Under the pieces are notes generated by a model. The model saw only the letters and a program-made list of their open reading frames with translations. It did not search any database and was not told the DNA's origin. Positions 35,814 through 48,320 of a stretch of 64,000 nucleotides of DNA are shown piece after piece; within the stretch, counting starts at the first letter, position 1, and each line of letters begins with the position of its first letter. Both the position numbers and the translations under genes were made by a program. The stretch is from Octopus sinensis (Eukaryota): the NCBI RefSeq assembly GCF_006345805.1, contig NC_043020.1, positions 16,368,001 to 16,432,000 on the forward strand. Direction: 5' to 3'.

Positions 35814-38206
35814 ATATATGCATAATAGAGCTGTCTATGTATGGAACAAAAGCCCCCGCAGACACACAGCCTATACGAAGCACCCACCATCTCTCCAACT
35901 TAAACTTTCATAAAGCCAACTGGAAGTCGATTGAGAAAGAGATCCTCAAACAGGATTGGCCTGAATGTCTCTCCACACCGGACATAAACATGAAACACAA
36001 ACACTTCATGTCCATAATACAAGCCATATGTGACAAATATGTCCCAATGTGCAGGGCCAGCACACACAAGAATAAAAACAGGATCCCTAGAGAAGGAGGA
36101 TTCTTATGAGACGACGGACAAGGATTGCAAACCGCCTGAGCAAGCACACCAAAAGTGGTGAGAAGTCTCGGCTCGAAAGAATGCTAATGGAAACTGAGAA
36201 AAGTCTACATCAGTCCCATGAAAAGGAGAGAGCAGATAAAGAAGCTTGGGTAATAGAAAATATAAAATCAAACCCTAAAGCTTTCTTTAAGTTTGCCAAA
36301 GAGACAGCCACAGTGCACCAGAGAATAGGACCTCTCTTCCAAAAAGATGGCTCTCTCACAGGAAATCCCACGAGGATAAGTGAAATACTGAACGAACAGT
36401 TCCAAAGTGTGTTCACTACACCTCTAGGACACAGGCAAGTAAACAACCCAGAAGAATTCTTTGCCACTTTACCAGCGGCCAAAGAGACAAAAATTGAGTA
36501 CATCAACATCGAAGAAGATGATATCACACTAGCCATTGATGAGATTGACACAAACTCAGCTGCTGGACCTGATGGATTCCCAGCGATCCTTCTCAAATCG
36601 TGCAAACGAGCCCTTGCAAAACCGCTACAGCTTCTTTTTCAGAGCTTTCTTGCAAGTGGTAAGCTCCCAGTCAAACTGAAAGAGGGGGTAATATGCCCTA
36701 TCCATAAGGGAGGTAGCAGAGCAGATGCTAAAAATTATAGGCCTATCTCTCTGACCTCACACATCAGCAAAGTCATGGAACGAATAGTCCGTAAGAAACT
36801 AATCATGTTCCTTGAAGAAATGACTTACTGTCTGACACCCAGCATTGATTTCGACCAGGTAGAGGCTGCCTAACACAGCTCCTGCAGCACTATGACTGGG
36901 TGTTGAAACAGCTACTAAATGGCTCAAATGTGGATGTAATATATCTTGACTTTGCAAAAGCCTTTGATAAAGTCGACCATGGTATGATCTGTCATAAACT
37001 GCGTGGTCTCGGCATAGGCGGGAAACTTGGAGAGTGGCTGCACAACTTCCTAAAAGACAGAAAACAGGCAGTTGTGAGCAATGGAGCCACCTCCAGGAAA
37101 CGCAAATAACAAGCGGTGTCCCACAGGGCACTGTCTTGGGGCCACTGATGTTCATAGTGGCCCTTTCAGACATGCCTTCAGTTGCTACGATGACCACCCT
37201 TGCTAGCTATGCAGATGACACAAAGGTCTCCCACGCAATACAGAACCCTGAAAATATTGCGCATCTGCAACATGAGCTGGACACAATATACAGGTGGGCT
37301 GAGGACAACAACATGCAGTTTAATGCAGGTAAGTTCCAGGCCCTGCGCTACTGGCACACAAAGGTAAATGACGTGAAGACTGGATACACTGGCCCAGGAA
37401 GAATTGCAATCCCTGAGTCAAAATCAGTGCGTGACCTGGGCATTGACATGAGCAATGATGCATCTTTCCAAATGCATATTGCTAATCTGGTGATAAAATG
37501 CAGACGGCTAGCTGGATGGATTCTCCGAACTTTCAGAACAAGAGAGAAGGAGACACTGATGGTCCTATGGAAAACATTTGTCCTCAGCCGCTTGGACTAC
37601 TGCTCCCAACTTTGGTCACCACACAATATAAAACAAACAGCAGAACTCGAAGCAACTCAGAGAAGCTACACAAAGAAAATCGTCTCAATGCAAAATGTCA
37701 GCTACTGGGAAAGACTGAAGGTATTAAACCTCTTCTCCCTGGAGCGGAGGCGGGAGAGATATGCAGTAATATACATCTGGAAAATCCTGGAGGGTCTTAT
37801 CCCAAACTTTGGCATTCAAAGTTACTCCAACCGCAGAACGGGGCGCCGCTGCGTGGTGCCAAGGATTCCAACATCACCATCAAAATACAGGTCCAGATAC
37901 TGCAACAGCTTGGGTTTCAGAGGACCACAGCTTTTCAACATCCTCCCTAAATGCCTGAGAGACTTACATGGTGTGGATGTGGGTTTCTTTAAAACTAAAC
38001 TGGATCTCTTCTTGTTGAAGTCCCAGATGAACCTACCTCACGACAGGAGACGCGGATGCGGGCAGCAGCATCGAACTCCCTTGTTGATCAAGTGCCACGT
38101 ATCAGAGGTGGATTCACAAACTAGTGTGGCTCATTCAGCGGTGGTGCCCCAGCATGGCCGCGGCCTTCGGGCTAAAACATTTTTAAGGATTTAAGGATTT
38201 AAGGAT
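35814..38206 (+). mobile_element. 5'-truncated CR1-group (CR1/L2-like) LINE
   Basis: RT-encoding body, short 3' UTR with a stem-loop and a (TTTAAGGA)x3 tail, inserted in (TA)n. Confidence 0.92.
35837..38120 (+). pseudogene. LINE ORF2 (post-endonuclease linker plus reverse transcriptase), disrupted
   Basis: Motifs NYRPISLTSHISKVMERIV, DFAKAFDKVDH, SGVPQGTVLGP, YADDTK, YWERLK.LNLFSLERRR. Frameshifts near 36100, 36818, 37090 and 38015; in-frame TGA at 36846-36848. Confidence 0.92.
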
Positions 38207-38210
38207 ATAT

Positions 38211-38255
<45 letters not shown>

Positions 38256-38817
38256 GTGTGTATGTATGTACACATGTGTGTACACATGTATGTGGGTGGG
38301 TGTATGTGTGCATATTCATTCATGTGAGTGTGTGAGAGGGGCATGTGCATGCACACCCATGTGCAGCTGTGCATACTCCCATCAATACAGACAAGCATGC
38401 AAAACCATATGAGCGCATCCAAACACTCACATATACAACTACATACTTGCGAATACCACCCCTACCTACTTCCCCTCCAACAATGTGACTGATATCCTGC
38501 CTACTACGCAGCCAATTTCTTGTCCACCATGTGGTTGATTTCCTGTTTACCATGCCGTATTTTCCAAGTAATTGTTGTTGCCAATATATCAACATCAAAC
38601 CATGACACCGCATAACCTTCCTCTACTAATTGCAGCCCATGTTACAGTAATAACAATGAACTTCTGTCTCAAATTCAAAATGGCTGAAGATTAACATCAC
38701 ACTTGAAACTCAGAGTATCAAAAATTTGGATCAAACAATTTTGATATATATATATATGAATATATATATATATGAATATATATATATATATATGAATATA
38801 TATATATATGAATATAT

Positions 38818-38843
<26 letters not shown>

Positions 38844-38848
<5 letters not shown>

Positions 38849-39340
38849 TATATTAAATTAGAGATAAAACCACTATTAGGCAAATCATACAATGAAAAAC
38901 TTAAGCCAATACATAAGATTAATTAATTTATATTATTTAAATATATATCAAAATTATTAAAAAAGATAATCAATATAACACTACGATCATTTCATGGCTG
39001 TTCAATTCTTAAAATTGAGTTCATTGATTAAACCTTGCCAAGTTAAATATTTAAACCACCTGAAGAATGACTGTAACTCGGAAATTTTAAGAATTGAACA
39101 GCCATGAAACGATCGTAGTGTTATATTAATTATCTTTTTTAATAATTTTGATATATATTTAAATAATATAAATTAATTAATCTTATGTATTGGCTTAAGT
39201 TTTTCATTGTATGATTTGCCTAATAGTGGTTTTATCTCTAATTTAATATAATATAATATTTTACTATAAAATTGGATTCAATCCTAAATCTGATTTTTCC
39301 CTGTAAGTTTGGATTTATTCCCTAATATTTTATTATATAT
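38844..39340 (+). mobile_element. Penelope-like pLTR with an inverted duplication (173-bp arms 38844-39016 / 39083-39255)
   Basis: The arms differ at only 2 positions and the spacer is 66 bp. A hammerhead motif spans the spacer and right arm. Confidence 0.7.
39055..39122 (+). ncRNA. Type-I hammerhead ribozyme (Penelope-like, palindromic stem III)
   Basis: Stem I cac/gtg; CUGAAGA at 39060-39066; stem II atg.ctgt/acag.cat; GAAA at 39106-39109; CGATCG; GUA cleavage triplet at 39115-39117. Confidence 0.75.
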
Positions 39341-39656
39341 ATATATATATATATGCATATATTTGAGTGTTTGAGTCTGTGATAATTCCCCCCTTCCCAC
39401 CTGCATCATTGCTTGATAACTGATGTTGGTGTGTTTACGTGCCCATAATTTAGCAATTTGGCAAAACAGACTGATAGAAAAAATGCCAGGCTTCCAGACA
39501 ATAAGTCCAGTGGTTGATTTCTTTGACTAAAAGGTGGTGCTCCAGCATGGCCACAATCAAATAACTGGAACAAGTAAAAGAATATATGTGTATATATATA
39601 TAAGTATTTATATGTATGTGTGTGTGTGTTGTGTGTGTGTGTGTGTGTGTGTGTGT

Positions 39657-39992
39657 GAAGGCACATGGCTCAGTGGTTAGAGTGTCAAGCTTATGATCGT
39701 GAGGTTGTGAGTTTGAATCCCAGACCAGGCTGCATGTTCTGTTCTTGAGCAAGACACTTTATTTCACGCAGCTCCAGTTCACTCAGCTGTAGAAATGAGT
39801 TGCGACATCACAGGTGCCAAGCTGTATCAGCCTTTGCCTTTCCCTTGGATAACATTGGTGGCATGGAGAGAGGAGGCTGGTGTGCATGGGCAACTGCTGG
39901 TCTTCCATAAAACAACCTTGCCCAGACTTGTGCCTGGGAGGGTAACTTTCTAGGTGCAATCCCAGGGTCAGTCATGACCAAAAGGGGTCTCA
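39657..39992 (+). mobile_element. tRNA-derived SINE, family D
   Basis: A-box TGGCTCAGTGG, B-box GTTTGAATCCC, cttgagcaagacac core shared with families F and G. Confidence 0.75.
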
Positions 39993-40011
39993 GCATATAT
40001 ATATATATATA

Positions 40012-40887
40012 TTGGGTCATCCCATAAATAATGTTGTTTATTTATACCACTTTTATTTTTCAAAATTAAGATAAACAAAGTTCTGTTTTAATCTAAAATA
40101 TACTCTCCTTCATTTTCTACAATGCCTTTCCATCTATGTGGTAGACTTGCAAGGCCCCTCTTCGAAAATTCACTTGTCCATGACCAGTACTGTTCTGAGC
40201 TTGTCTACAGAATTCATATTTTTTCCGTCCAAATGGTTTTGAAGACTGCGGAATAAATGATAGTTACATAGAGCAATGTCAGGTGAATTTTGTGGGTGTG
40301 GCATCATTTGCCATTCAAACAGCTCCAGCCTTTGGAATGTCATCCTTGCTGTATGTGGCTGAACACTATCCTAATGGAAGAGCGTCTTTCATCTTGAAAC
40401 CAAGGATGGTTACCTTTCTTCTAGCGCTGACTTGAATGACTGGTTGAATGACCAAATCCAAGCTTCTCTGTTAATACCTCAACAGTTGTGCCACCTAGGT
40501 TTGCAGGACATCCTTGTTGAGCTCTACTGATCTTCCAGGATGAGGCTCAGCATTTCTGGAACTACCATTGACACTGGCTTACACTTATTGTCCGATCCCC
40601 ATATACTACGTTAATAACCCTTGCACTTTCTGTTGCATTATTGCCATTATTGAACTCATAAGGCAAAATATGCCAAATATACTCCTTTGTCACTTCCATT
40701 AAGGCTTTGAAAAAACAACACTTAAAATCGAAATGCACTCTTCAAAATTTGCACCAAGAATAAGTACAAGGCAAAATTACTGCCTGCTTTTATAGCAAGT
40801 TGATGCAGGAAGTTTATCTCCCCCTCCCTGCCTCCGACTTTCATTTCAAGCATTGAAAAAAGCCACATTATTTATGGGATGACCCAA
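40012..40887 (-). mobile_element. mariner (DD34D-type) element, internally deleted; transposase pseudogene 40088-40699
   Basis: TA|TTGGGTCATCCCATAAATAATG TIRs at both ends; MEVTKEYIWHIL.YEFNNGNNATESA...YHLFRSLQNHLDGK...RWKGIVENEGEYILD*. Confidence 0.92.
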
Positions 40888-40889
40888 TA

Positions 40890-40899
40890 TGTATATGTG

Positions 40900-40949
<50 letters not shown>

Positions 40950-41082
40950 TGTGTATACACATATGTGTGTACATATATATATAAACATATACATATATAT
41001 GTTGATATGTATATATATATATATACATATATATATACAACATACATATATATATACATACATACATATATATATATGTGTG

Positions 41083-41113
<31 letters not shown>

Positions 41114-41167
41114 TGTGTATACACATATGTGTGTATATATATATATATACATATACATATATGTATG

Positions 41168-41199
<32 letters not shown>

Positions 41200-41233
41200 C
41201 AAACATACATATATATATACATACCTACATATA

Positions 41234-41271
<38 letters not shown>

Positions 41272-41400
41272 CATATATATATGCATGTATGTATGTAAGT
41301 AGGCATGTATGTACGTATTGAAGTATATGTGTGTATACACATGTGTGTGTGTGTGTGTGTGTGTGTGTTTGTGAGTGTGTGTGTGCATGTGTGTAATATG
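40890..41400. repeat. Compound (AT)n/(GT)n microsatellite
   Basis: Directly visible. Confidence 0.95.
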
Positions 41401-41559
41401 ATAAAGAGAGAGAGTGAGCGCGAGAGACAGATAGCCAGACAGAATGTAAAGAGAGATGTAGAGACAGAAAAACAGAAGAAATAGATTGGAAGACTTATAG
41501 AAAGTACAACTACTAATAGACTACTACTTGTTCAGCACCACTACTATGTAACATTAGTA

Positions 41560-42103
<544 letters not shown>

Positions 42104-42752
42104 GTCGACATAGACCAAGATGCACACAAATACAAGAGACAGACATTTCAAGTGATACATCTATAAATGTACTTGCAGAACTGAAGCTGGGCTGAAGAGC
42201 CTCCTGCATGCACAATGCTTGTGCAAGGTTCAATGAAGGGATGGCACTCATCTGACAAGATACATATACATATATATTATATATATATATATAATACACT
42301 ATATATATATAATACACTATATATATACAAATATAAGAGAGAATCCACTATGTGGACGCTCTTGCGCTAAAGATAGATCAAAAGATAGGACAAAAGAAAA
42401 ATAACAAAAATGTAGATTAACCCTAGACAATTGTTTCACTGTTAATAAAATATATATATACATACACATACACACACACTCAGAGCTTGTAGTTAAACTA
42501 TTAATATTACCACATGGACACTTGCATTTTTAGCATCACTAGTTTCCAACAACATTCTCTTGCTCTCTTGTCTGTATATGTGTGTGTTTGTGTGTGTGGT
42601 GTGTGTGTGTGTGTGTAAGTAATAAATTCTATAGTTGGGCGTACACCTTGTAGTATGCCATTTAATGCCTATTCACAGTATTCGGCTACCTGATGTCAAC
42701 AGTATGGAAGTATTATATGCCACTGGATTTACTTCAGGTGTTCCTTCATGTC

Positions 42753-42790
<38 letters not shown>

Positions 42791-43578
42791 TACATCTGTT
42801 TTTCTATTAATGTTTTGCTGAAGCAACAGACTTCAGGACCAGTCCTTGAGTCATTCTATTGCTTCTGCTAAATATATATATATTTATATCAAAAGAATTT
42901 TAAAATATATATATATTAATTCATATAGTATTCTGTTCCATGATGTTAAGATCAGCAAAAAAGTATTCCATCTGGTGAGAGGTAAATATATAATTTGGTA
43001 AGCACAATATATGTTTTTATATGCTACTATTAGTTTCATGTGCTGAGAACATGCCAAACTTTTTTTATAACACATCTGGTGTCCCAGCACAGTCATCAGG
43101 CACTGCCTACATGGCATAATGAACTAAAAATGGCAAGAGGCAAGAGGTAAATATAAATAAAATATGTGCAGGTCTAGTAGAACTACAGGATAAATATACA
43201 TGAACATGTATATTTTACTATTTATAAGCAGTAGAAGATACATAGTGACTTAATGGCAGAGAATATCGAGCCTAGGGCTTAGCATATGCATGTGCAAAAC
43301 ACTTGGCCTTCAAAACCACATTCTCTATCTCTCTCTAACTTCCAGTCAATTATTTTCCAGTCATATAAAGACAGGTGCTTTTCTCAGGCTCTACTCCTTT
43401 TTCCATTCCCTTCTCTCTTGACTTATCCACTTTCTAACAAAGAGCCAATGCTTGAAACATCACTCATGTTTCTCTATCTCAAACTTTCCGTGAATGTCAA
43501 TTTGATATATTTATTGTGTCAGTCCAATTGTCTTTTGTTGTTTTTTTTTTCCTGTTTCATATTTTTGATTTGTCTTTA

Positions 43579-43933
43579 TCTTTATATATAAAACTGTAGT
43601 TGTGTGAGTGTCTGTCCCCTTCGATTTAGATTCCTAACTACTCCCACATAGTCGTGATTCATATCGAGCCCTTCTGGGTATTAGCGCGTCTACAATGAAT
43701 CTACGATTTTAAAAATAATTTACCATCATTTTTTTCCATTTTCATGCATATTTTTTTAAAGGGAAGTAACTCTCTAAAAATGTCTACGATGAGTCAACGA
43801 TTTAAAAAAAAATTTACCATCATATTTTTTCCATTTTTAATGCATTTTTTGTTATTTTTTGGCTATAACTCTCTAAAAATGCTGTATAGTTATTTCCCTT
43901 ACAAACCCCAGCAACGCCGGGCGATACTGCTAG
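43579..43933 (+). mobile_element. Non-autonomous Helitron (355 bp)
   Basis: 5' A|TCTTTATATATAAAA; 3' GCAACGCCGGGCGATACTGCTAG|T; inserted between A and T with no TSD. Confidence 0.85.
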
Positions 43934-44380
43934 TATATAATACAGCTAGTTAGGATAAATCCCAGCTGTTTCTTCTCAAAGCACATCAGCTTATTCCATT
44001 ATTACAATCATTATGTATCCATAGTTGCTGCTGTATTTTAATCAAATACATTTCAAACTTAAGAATTATGGAAATATTATTTGCAGAATAATTATATAAC
44101 AAAACAAGAAAATGAAAAGTCTTCGGTATCACTTGTTCTCCATTACACATATTTCATCTTCCAAGAGGAATTACATGAATTTACATGTTAGATAGAAATG
44201 TCTTTTCATATTTGTTTATAGTTTCTCTGACAAATTTCTAACCAGAAATTCCTTACATGTCTCTCTGACATGCAAATCTTTGCAATTCCTATTACCAAAT
44301 AGAACACATGTAATAGTGAATTAATAATACCAAGCAATGTCCATTTTCTTGTTTTGTTTTATATATGTATATTTATATAT

Positions 44381-44613
44381 CTATTTCTTAACTACCCACA
44401 AGGGGCTAAACACAGACGGGACAAATAAGGACAGACAAACGGATTAAGTCGATTACATCGACCCCAGTGAACTGGTACTTAATTTATCGACTCCGAAAGG
44501 ATGAAAGGCAAAGTCGACCTCGGCGGAATTTGAACTCAGAACGTAGCGGCAGACAAAATACCGCTAAGCATTTCGCCCGGCATGCTAACGTTTCTGCCAG
44601 CTCGCCGCCTATA
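44381..44613 (-). mobile_element. SINE family B, full length, 13-bp TSD
   Basis: TSD tatatttatatat at 44368-44380 and 44614-44626; the empty site is visible in the inverted copy at 46742-46955. Confidence 0.95.
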
Positions 44614-44625
44614 TATATTTATATA

Positions 44626-45060
44626 TCATCATCATCACCTTCATCGTCATCATCATTTAAGACGCATTGTCCATGCTGGTATGAGTTGGATGGTTTGACC
44701 AGGGCTGGCAAGCTGGAAGTCTGCACCAGACTCCAATCTGATTTTACATGGTTTCTATAGCTGGATGCCCTTCCTAACACCAACCACTCCAAAAGTGTAA
44801 TGAGTGCTTTTACATGCCACCGGCATGGGTGCCAATTTGTGTGACACCGGTATCTGCCATGACTGTGATTTTGCTCAGTTTGATGGGTCTTCTTCTCATG
44901 CACAACATAATGCCAAAGGTCTTGGTCATTGCCTCCATGAGGCCCAAAACTTGAAAGTAGCTCACCCACTTTGCCTCTATGAGGCCCAATGCTTGAAAGG
45001 TGCTTTTTACATGACACCAGCACAGATGTCAGTTATGTGACACCAGCATCAGCCACAATT
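44626..45060 (-). mobile_element. RTE-2 / family E 3' end
   Basis: (CAT)n tail and the end of the RTE ORF (AMTKTFG/DRDLW-like region) homologous to 31683-32170. Confidence 0.8.
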
Positions 45061-45299
45061 ATGATTTCACTTGTCTTTATGTTTCAAACCTTGGAGATCT
45101 CCAACAGGATTTTGCTGAAAACCTGCAAAAGTGAGCAAAACACTTCATTTTCACATTACTCCAGTTCACTCATCTGGCAAAAATTAGTAATCCTGCAACA
45201 GACAGGCATCCCATCCAGGGGTAATATATACACCAGAGAAACCAACCCTAGGAGTCTATATGAAGCAGAAAGGATCTTTCTTAAAGCAGCAAGCTGGCA

Positions 45300-45485
45300 G
45301 AATTGTTAGCTTACTGGATGAAATGCTTAGTGGCATTTCATCCATCCTTACATTAAGAGTTCAAATCCCACAGAGATCAATTTTGCCTTTCATCCTTTCA
45401 GGGTCAATAAAATAAGTACCAGTCAGACACTGGGGTCAATGTAGTCCACTTAGCCACTCCTCATCAAATTTCAGGTTTTGTGCCA
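45300..45485 (+). mobile_element. Decayed SINE family B
   Basis: gctggcagaattgttagc...ttttgcctttcatcctttcagggtcaataaa. Confidence 0.7.
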
Positions 45486-45853
45486 ACAGCAGAAAGGATT
45501 ATTACCACTCTTATTCATTGTTCCACTTTGTTGTTTATTTTTGCTTTTATTATTATTTAATTATCATTATTTCTAATTGTTCAATTATGTCAAAATAATA
45601 TTATCATGGTTACTGTTTGTTTTGTTGCTGACGTTTGGTGATATTGTTAGCTTTTATCTTTTATCCTGGTTCGAAGGCTTGTACCGCCAAACAGCTGGTT
45701 GGCTCTGGCTGCTGGAACTGAAACTAACACAACACTGTTGGAAGGCAGGTTCAGAGAGGGTGCGAGCTAAGATTACACACCTTTCCCCTCCATTGGTCAG
45801 TTGAAGTTTAGACAGTGTCACACGATAACTAGTTGGTGCTGGCTGCTGGAGCC

Positions 45854-46740
45854 TCATCATTCATCATTGTTCGACCGTGGTCGAGACAATGGAATTTACG
45901 ATGCTACGCCAGACTTCACGGTCCATCATGGCATTACGGAGGTCCTGTTGCTGGATGCTTGTATCCCTGGAGATTACATCAGGGTAGGAGAGTGTGCGCC
46001 CTCTGGTATTGCGAGTAGATGGCTTCCAGAGGAGAAGAGTAGAAATTGCTTTGTTTCAGCGCTACAACAATGTCCAGCAAACTGGACCTCTCCTACCTTT
46101 CACAAGAGATGACACAGGTGGTAGTTTCCCATATATTTGCATTTTGGTTGGATGGCGCTTCCACAAGAGATTTTGAGCTCTCATAAGGAGGCGAGTGTAG
46201 GTTCCATCCAACCGCCTCTCAAGCTTCTTTGATAACGTCCAGGTTTCTGAGCCATATAGAAGAATTGGTTCGACTGTGGCTTTGAAGATTTCAAGTTTGA
46301 AGTCTCTACTTAGATTTGATGACCAGATCTTATGCATGTCATTACAGGCACCAGGCCATACCCTTTCTAGTTAGAATTAAAGGGGGATCAGCTAAAAAGC
46401 ATTTAGAAAATTGGTCAACCCATTTTAAAAACCTCCTTGGGAAGAATGCCAAAATCCCTGATAACCCCACTCTTCCAAGTGTGCCTATATGTCGCTCCAA
46501 AGATTTGGCTGGAGCCTACCAGCGAGTATTTAAAGGGAAATTTGGCAGGATGGTCAGTCGCCCGCTGGCACTCATTGATGCTGCATCGAAGAGGCCAGGG
46601 GACAGAAGACAGAAAGAGAAAGAAGAAATGCACTCGACACCAGAGCTGAAGACACCTCCAAAAGGGTGTGGCCACCACGTCGAAAACGGTAGAGGTGTAG
46701 GGGCAGAAACCGGACATGGTCCCTCTTGATGATGCCTTTA
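45854..46740 (-). mobile_element. Rearranged RTE-1 LINE: 3' end (45854-46377), inverted ORF2 piece (46374-46488, + strand), probable 5' region (46489-46740)
   Basis: The minus strand encodes FLTRKGMAW.ACNDMHKIWSS...; the plus-strand piece encodes RIKGGSAKKHLENWSTHFKNLLGKNAKIPDNPTLP. Confidence 0.75.
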
Positions 46741-46741
46741 A

Positions 46742-46955
46742 TATAGAAACCATGTAAAATCAGATTGGAGTCTGGTGCAGACTTCCAGCTTGCCAGCCCT
46801 GGTCAAACCATCCAACTCATACCAGCATGGACAATGTGTCTTAAATGATGAAGATATGAAGGTGATGATGATGATATATGAATATACATATATAAAACAA
46901 AACAAGAAAATGGACATTGCTTGGTATTATTAATTCCCATTTACATGTGTTCTAT
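46742..46955 (-). repeat. Inverted duplicate of 44299-44759 lacking the SINE-B insertion
   Basis: The reverse complement aligns to 44299-44380 plus 44627-44759. Confidence 0.9.
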
Positions 46956-47069
46956 AATAGATCCTATAAAGGATCTATTGAGGTAGCAAACCCCAAAACG
47001 TAGTTGGAATTCCTCTATTATCACAACCTGCTACATATTTTATATAGGCCTCATCTCTTCCTCTTTCAA

Positions 47070-47159
47070 AGTCATTTCATCTGCAAAAGGAATATGAAGG
47101 GTATTGTGTCTATTGACTTTCTTCAAAAAGACCACATCATCAATGGAGAGTACTATATC
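47070..47159 (+). mobile_element. mariner transposase fragment abutting the gap
   Basis: Encodes NMKGIVSIDFLQKDHIINGEYY (cf. WD.KG.I..D.L.KG.TIN.EYY). Confidence 0.7.
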
Positions 47160-47259
47160 NNNNNNNNNNNNNNNNNNNNNNNNNNNNNNNNNNNNNNNNN
47201 NNNNNNNNNNNNNNNNNNNNNNNNNNNNNNNNNNNNNNNNNNNNNNNNNNNNNNNNNNN
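47160..47259. other. Assembly gap (100 N)
   Basis: Run of N. Confidence 1.
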
Positions 47260-48320
47260 TTTTGCGTGAGGCTATAGTAGAATTCACTAGCCTAAGGTGT
47301 GATGCTGTGGGACTGCACCCGGAACCACATGGCTGGGAAGCAAGCCCCTTTCCACACAACCTCCCAATACACTTATCTCTTTTTAAGACATGGATACATC
47401 TAAGTGTAAATTCATTTTCGTCATGTGTTATATATCTTTTTATTTTCCTTTTTGCTATTGCCCTCGCCATTTTGATTTTCAACTCTTAAATGTTTCCCCT
47501 GAATTTTGCGTTCTGTGAAAAATTAGGTAAAACGAAATGTCTGATGTCTTTGCTGTTGTTATTCTTGTCACAATTGTGTGTGTGTGTATGTGTGGGCCCT
47601 CATATTTGTTTGCAGCATTAATTAGATAAGCTTGCTACCTCTGGGTTTTTTTTTTCTTTGTTTGTCCGTTTCTCTCTATCTGAATCTGGAAATGCATTTT
47701 GCTCATTGTTCTGCTATTTGCCATTTATTTTCATAGTGGTCAATCCAGCACTGGAACCCCTGTACATTTTTTTTTTCTTTTTCATTTTCGTTGCTTCCTT
47801 GTTTATATCAATATTGACTAGAGCTAATAAGGAAACAGCAACAACAACAACAGCATTAATATCAATAATAAATGTTTTCGTTTGCTTTCTCACTAAATTA
47901 TAAATTGTATGCAACCATGTTGAATTTGTTGCATTAATAAAAATGGAAATATATAAAATCATTTTGAAAAATTGGGAACAAAAAAAGTGCAGGAGTAATG
48001 AACAATGTCTGAATAATTTATTTTGTTCAGAATTTGATAATGTCATCGTATTCACTTTATTGTTTATTTTCTCTTAATTTTTTTGTTAATTTTTTTTGTA
48101 CTTTCCTTTTTTGGTGATGAGCCCCCTTCCCATGTTAGTATAAATTAAATGGATGTGGTTTTTTTTTTGTTGTTAGTTTTATATCATGCATCATATGCTC
48201 CAACATTCGATCCTCAAAAGAGGAGAGGTTGGTAAAAAATGCTGAACTTGCTGTTTTCCATTTGTTTTTTTAATGCCTGCCTATCCTCATCTACAGTCAT
48301 GAATGTTGGATAATGACTAA

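Noticed and set aside
37034-38194. 386-aa ORF as an intact gene
   Set aside because: It is one frame of a frameshifted LINE ORF2; its N- and C-terminal parts are out of the true RT frame.
39060-39090. Alternative short hammerhead fold using GGAAA at 39080-39084
   Set aside because: No stem I partner or UH site; the fold using GAAA at 39106 satisfies all helices.
42635-42871. 78-aa ORF in unique sequence
   Set aside because: Runs through a (CA)n tract; no recognisable domain; weak splice signals.
45654-45860. GC-richer unique segment with a CCAAT-like motif and short ORF
   Set aside because: The ORF start is borrowed from the RTE (TGA)n tail; promoter evidence is insufficient.
47004-47489. 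ORFs spanning the N run
   Set aside because: Artefacts of reading through the assembly gap.
47746-47775. Possible micro-exon (ttttcatag|TGGTCAATCCAGCACTGGAACCCCT|gtacat)
   Set aside because: 25 nt with a weak donor; cannot be supported without RNA data.
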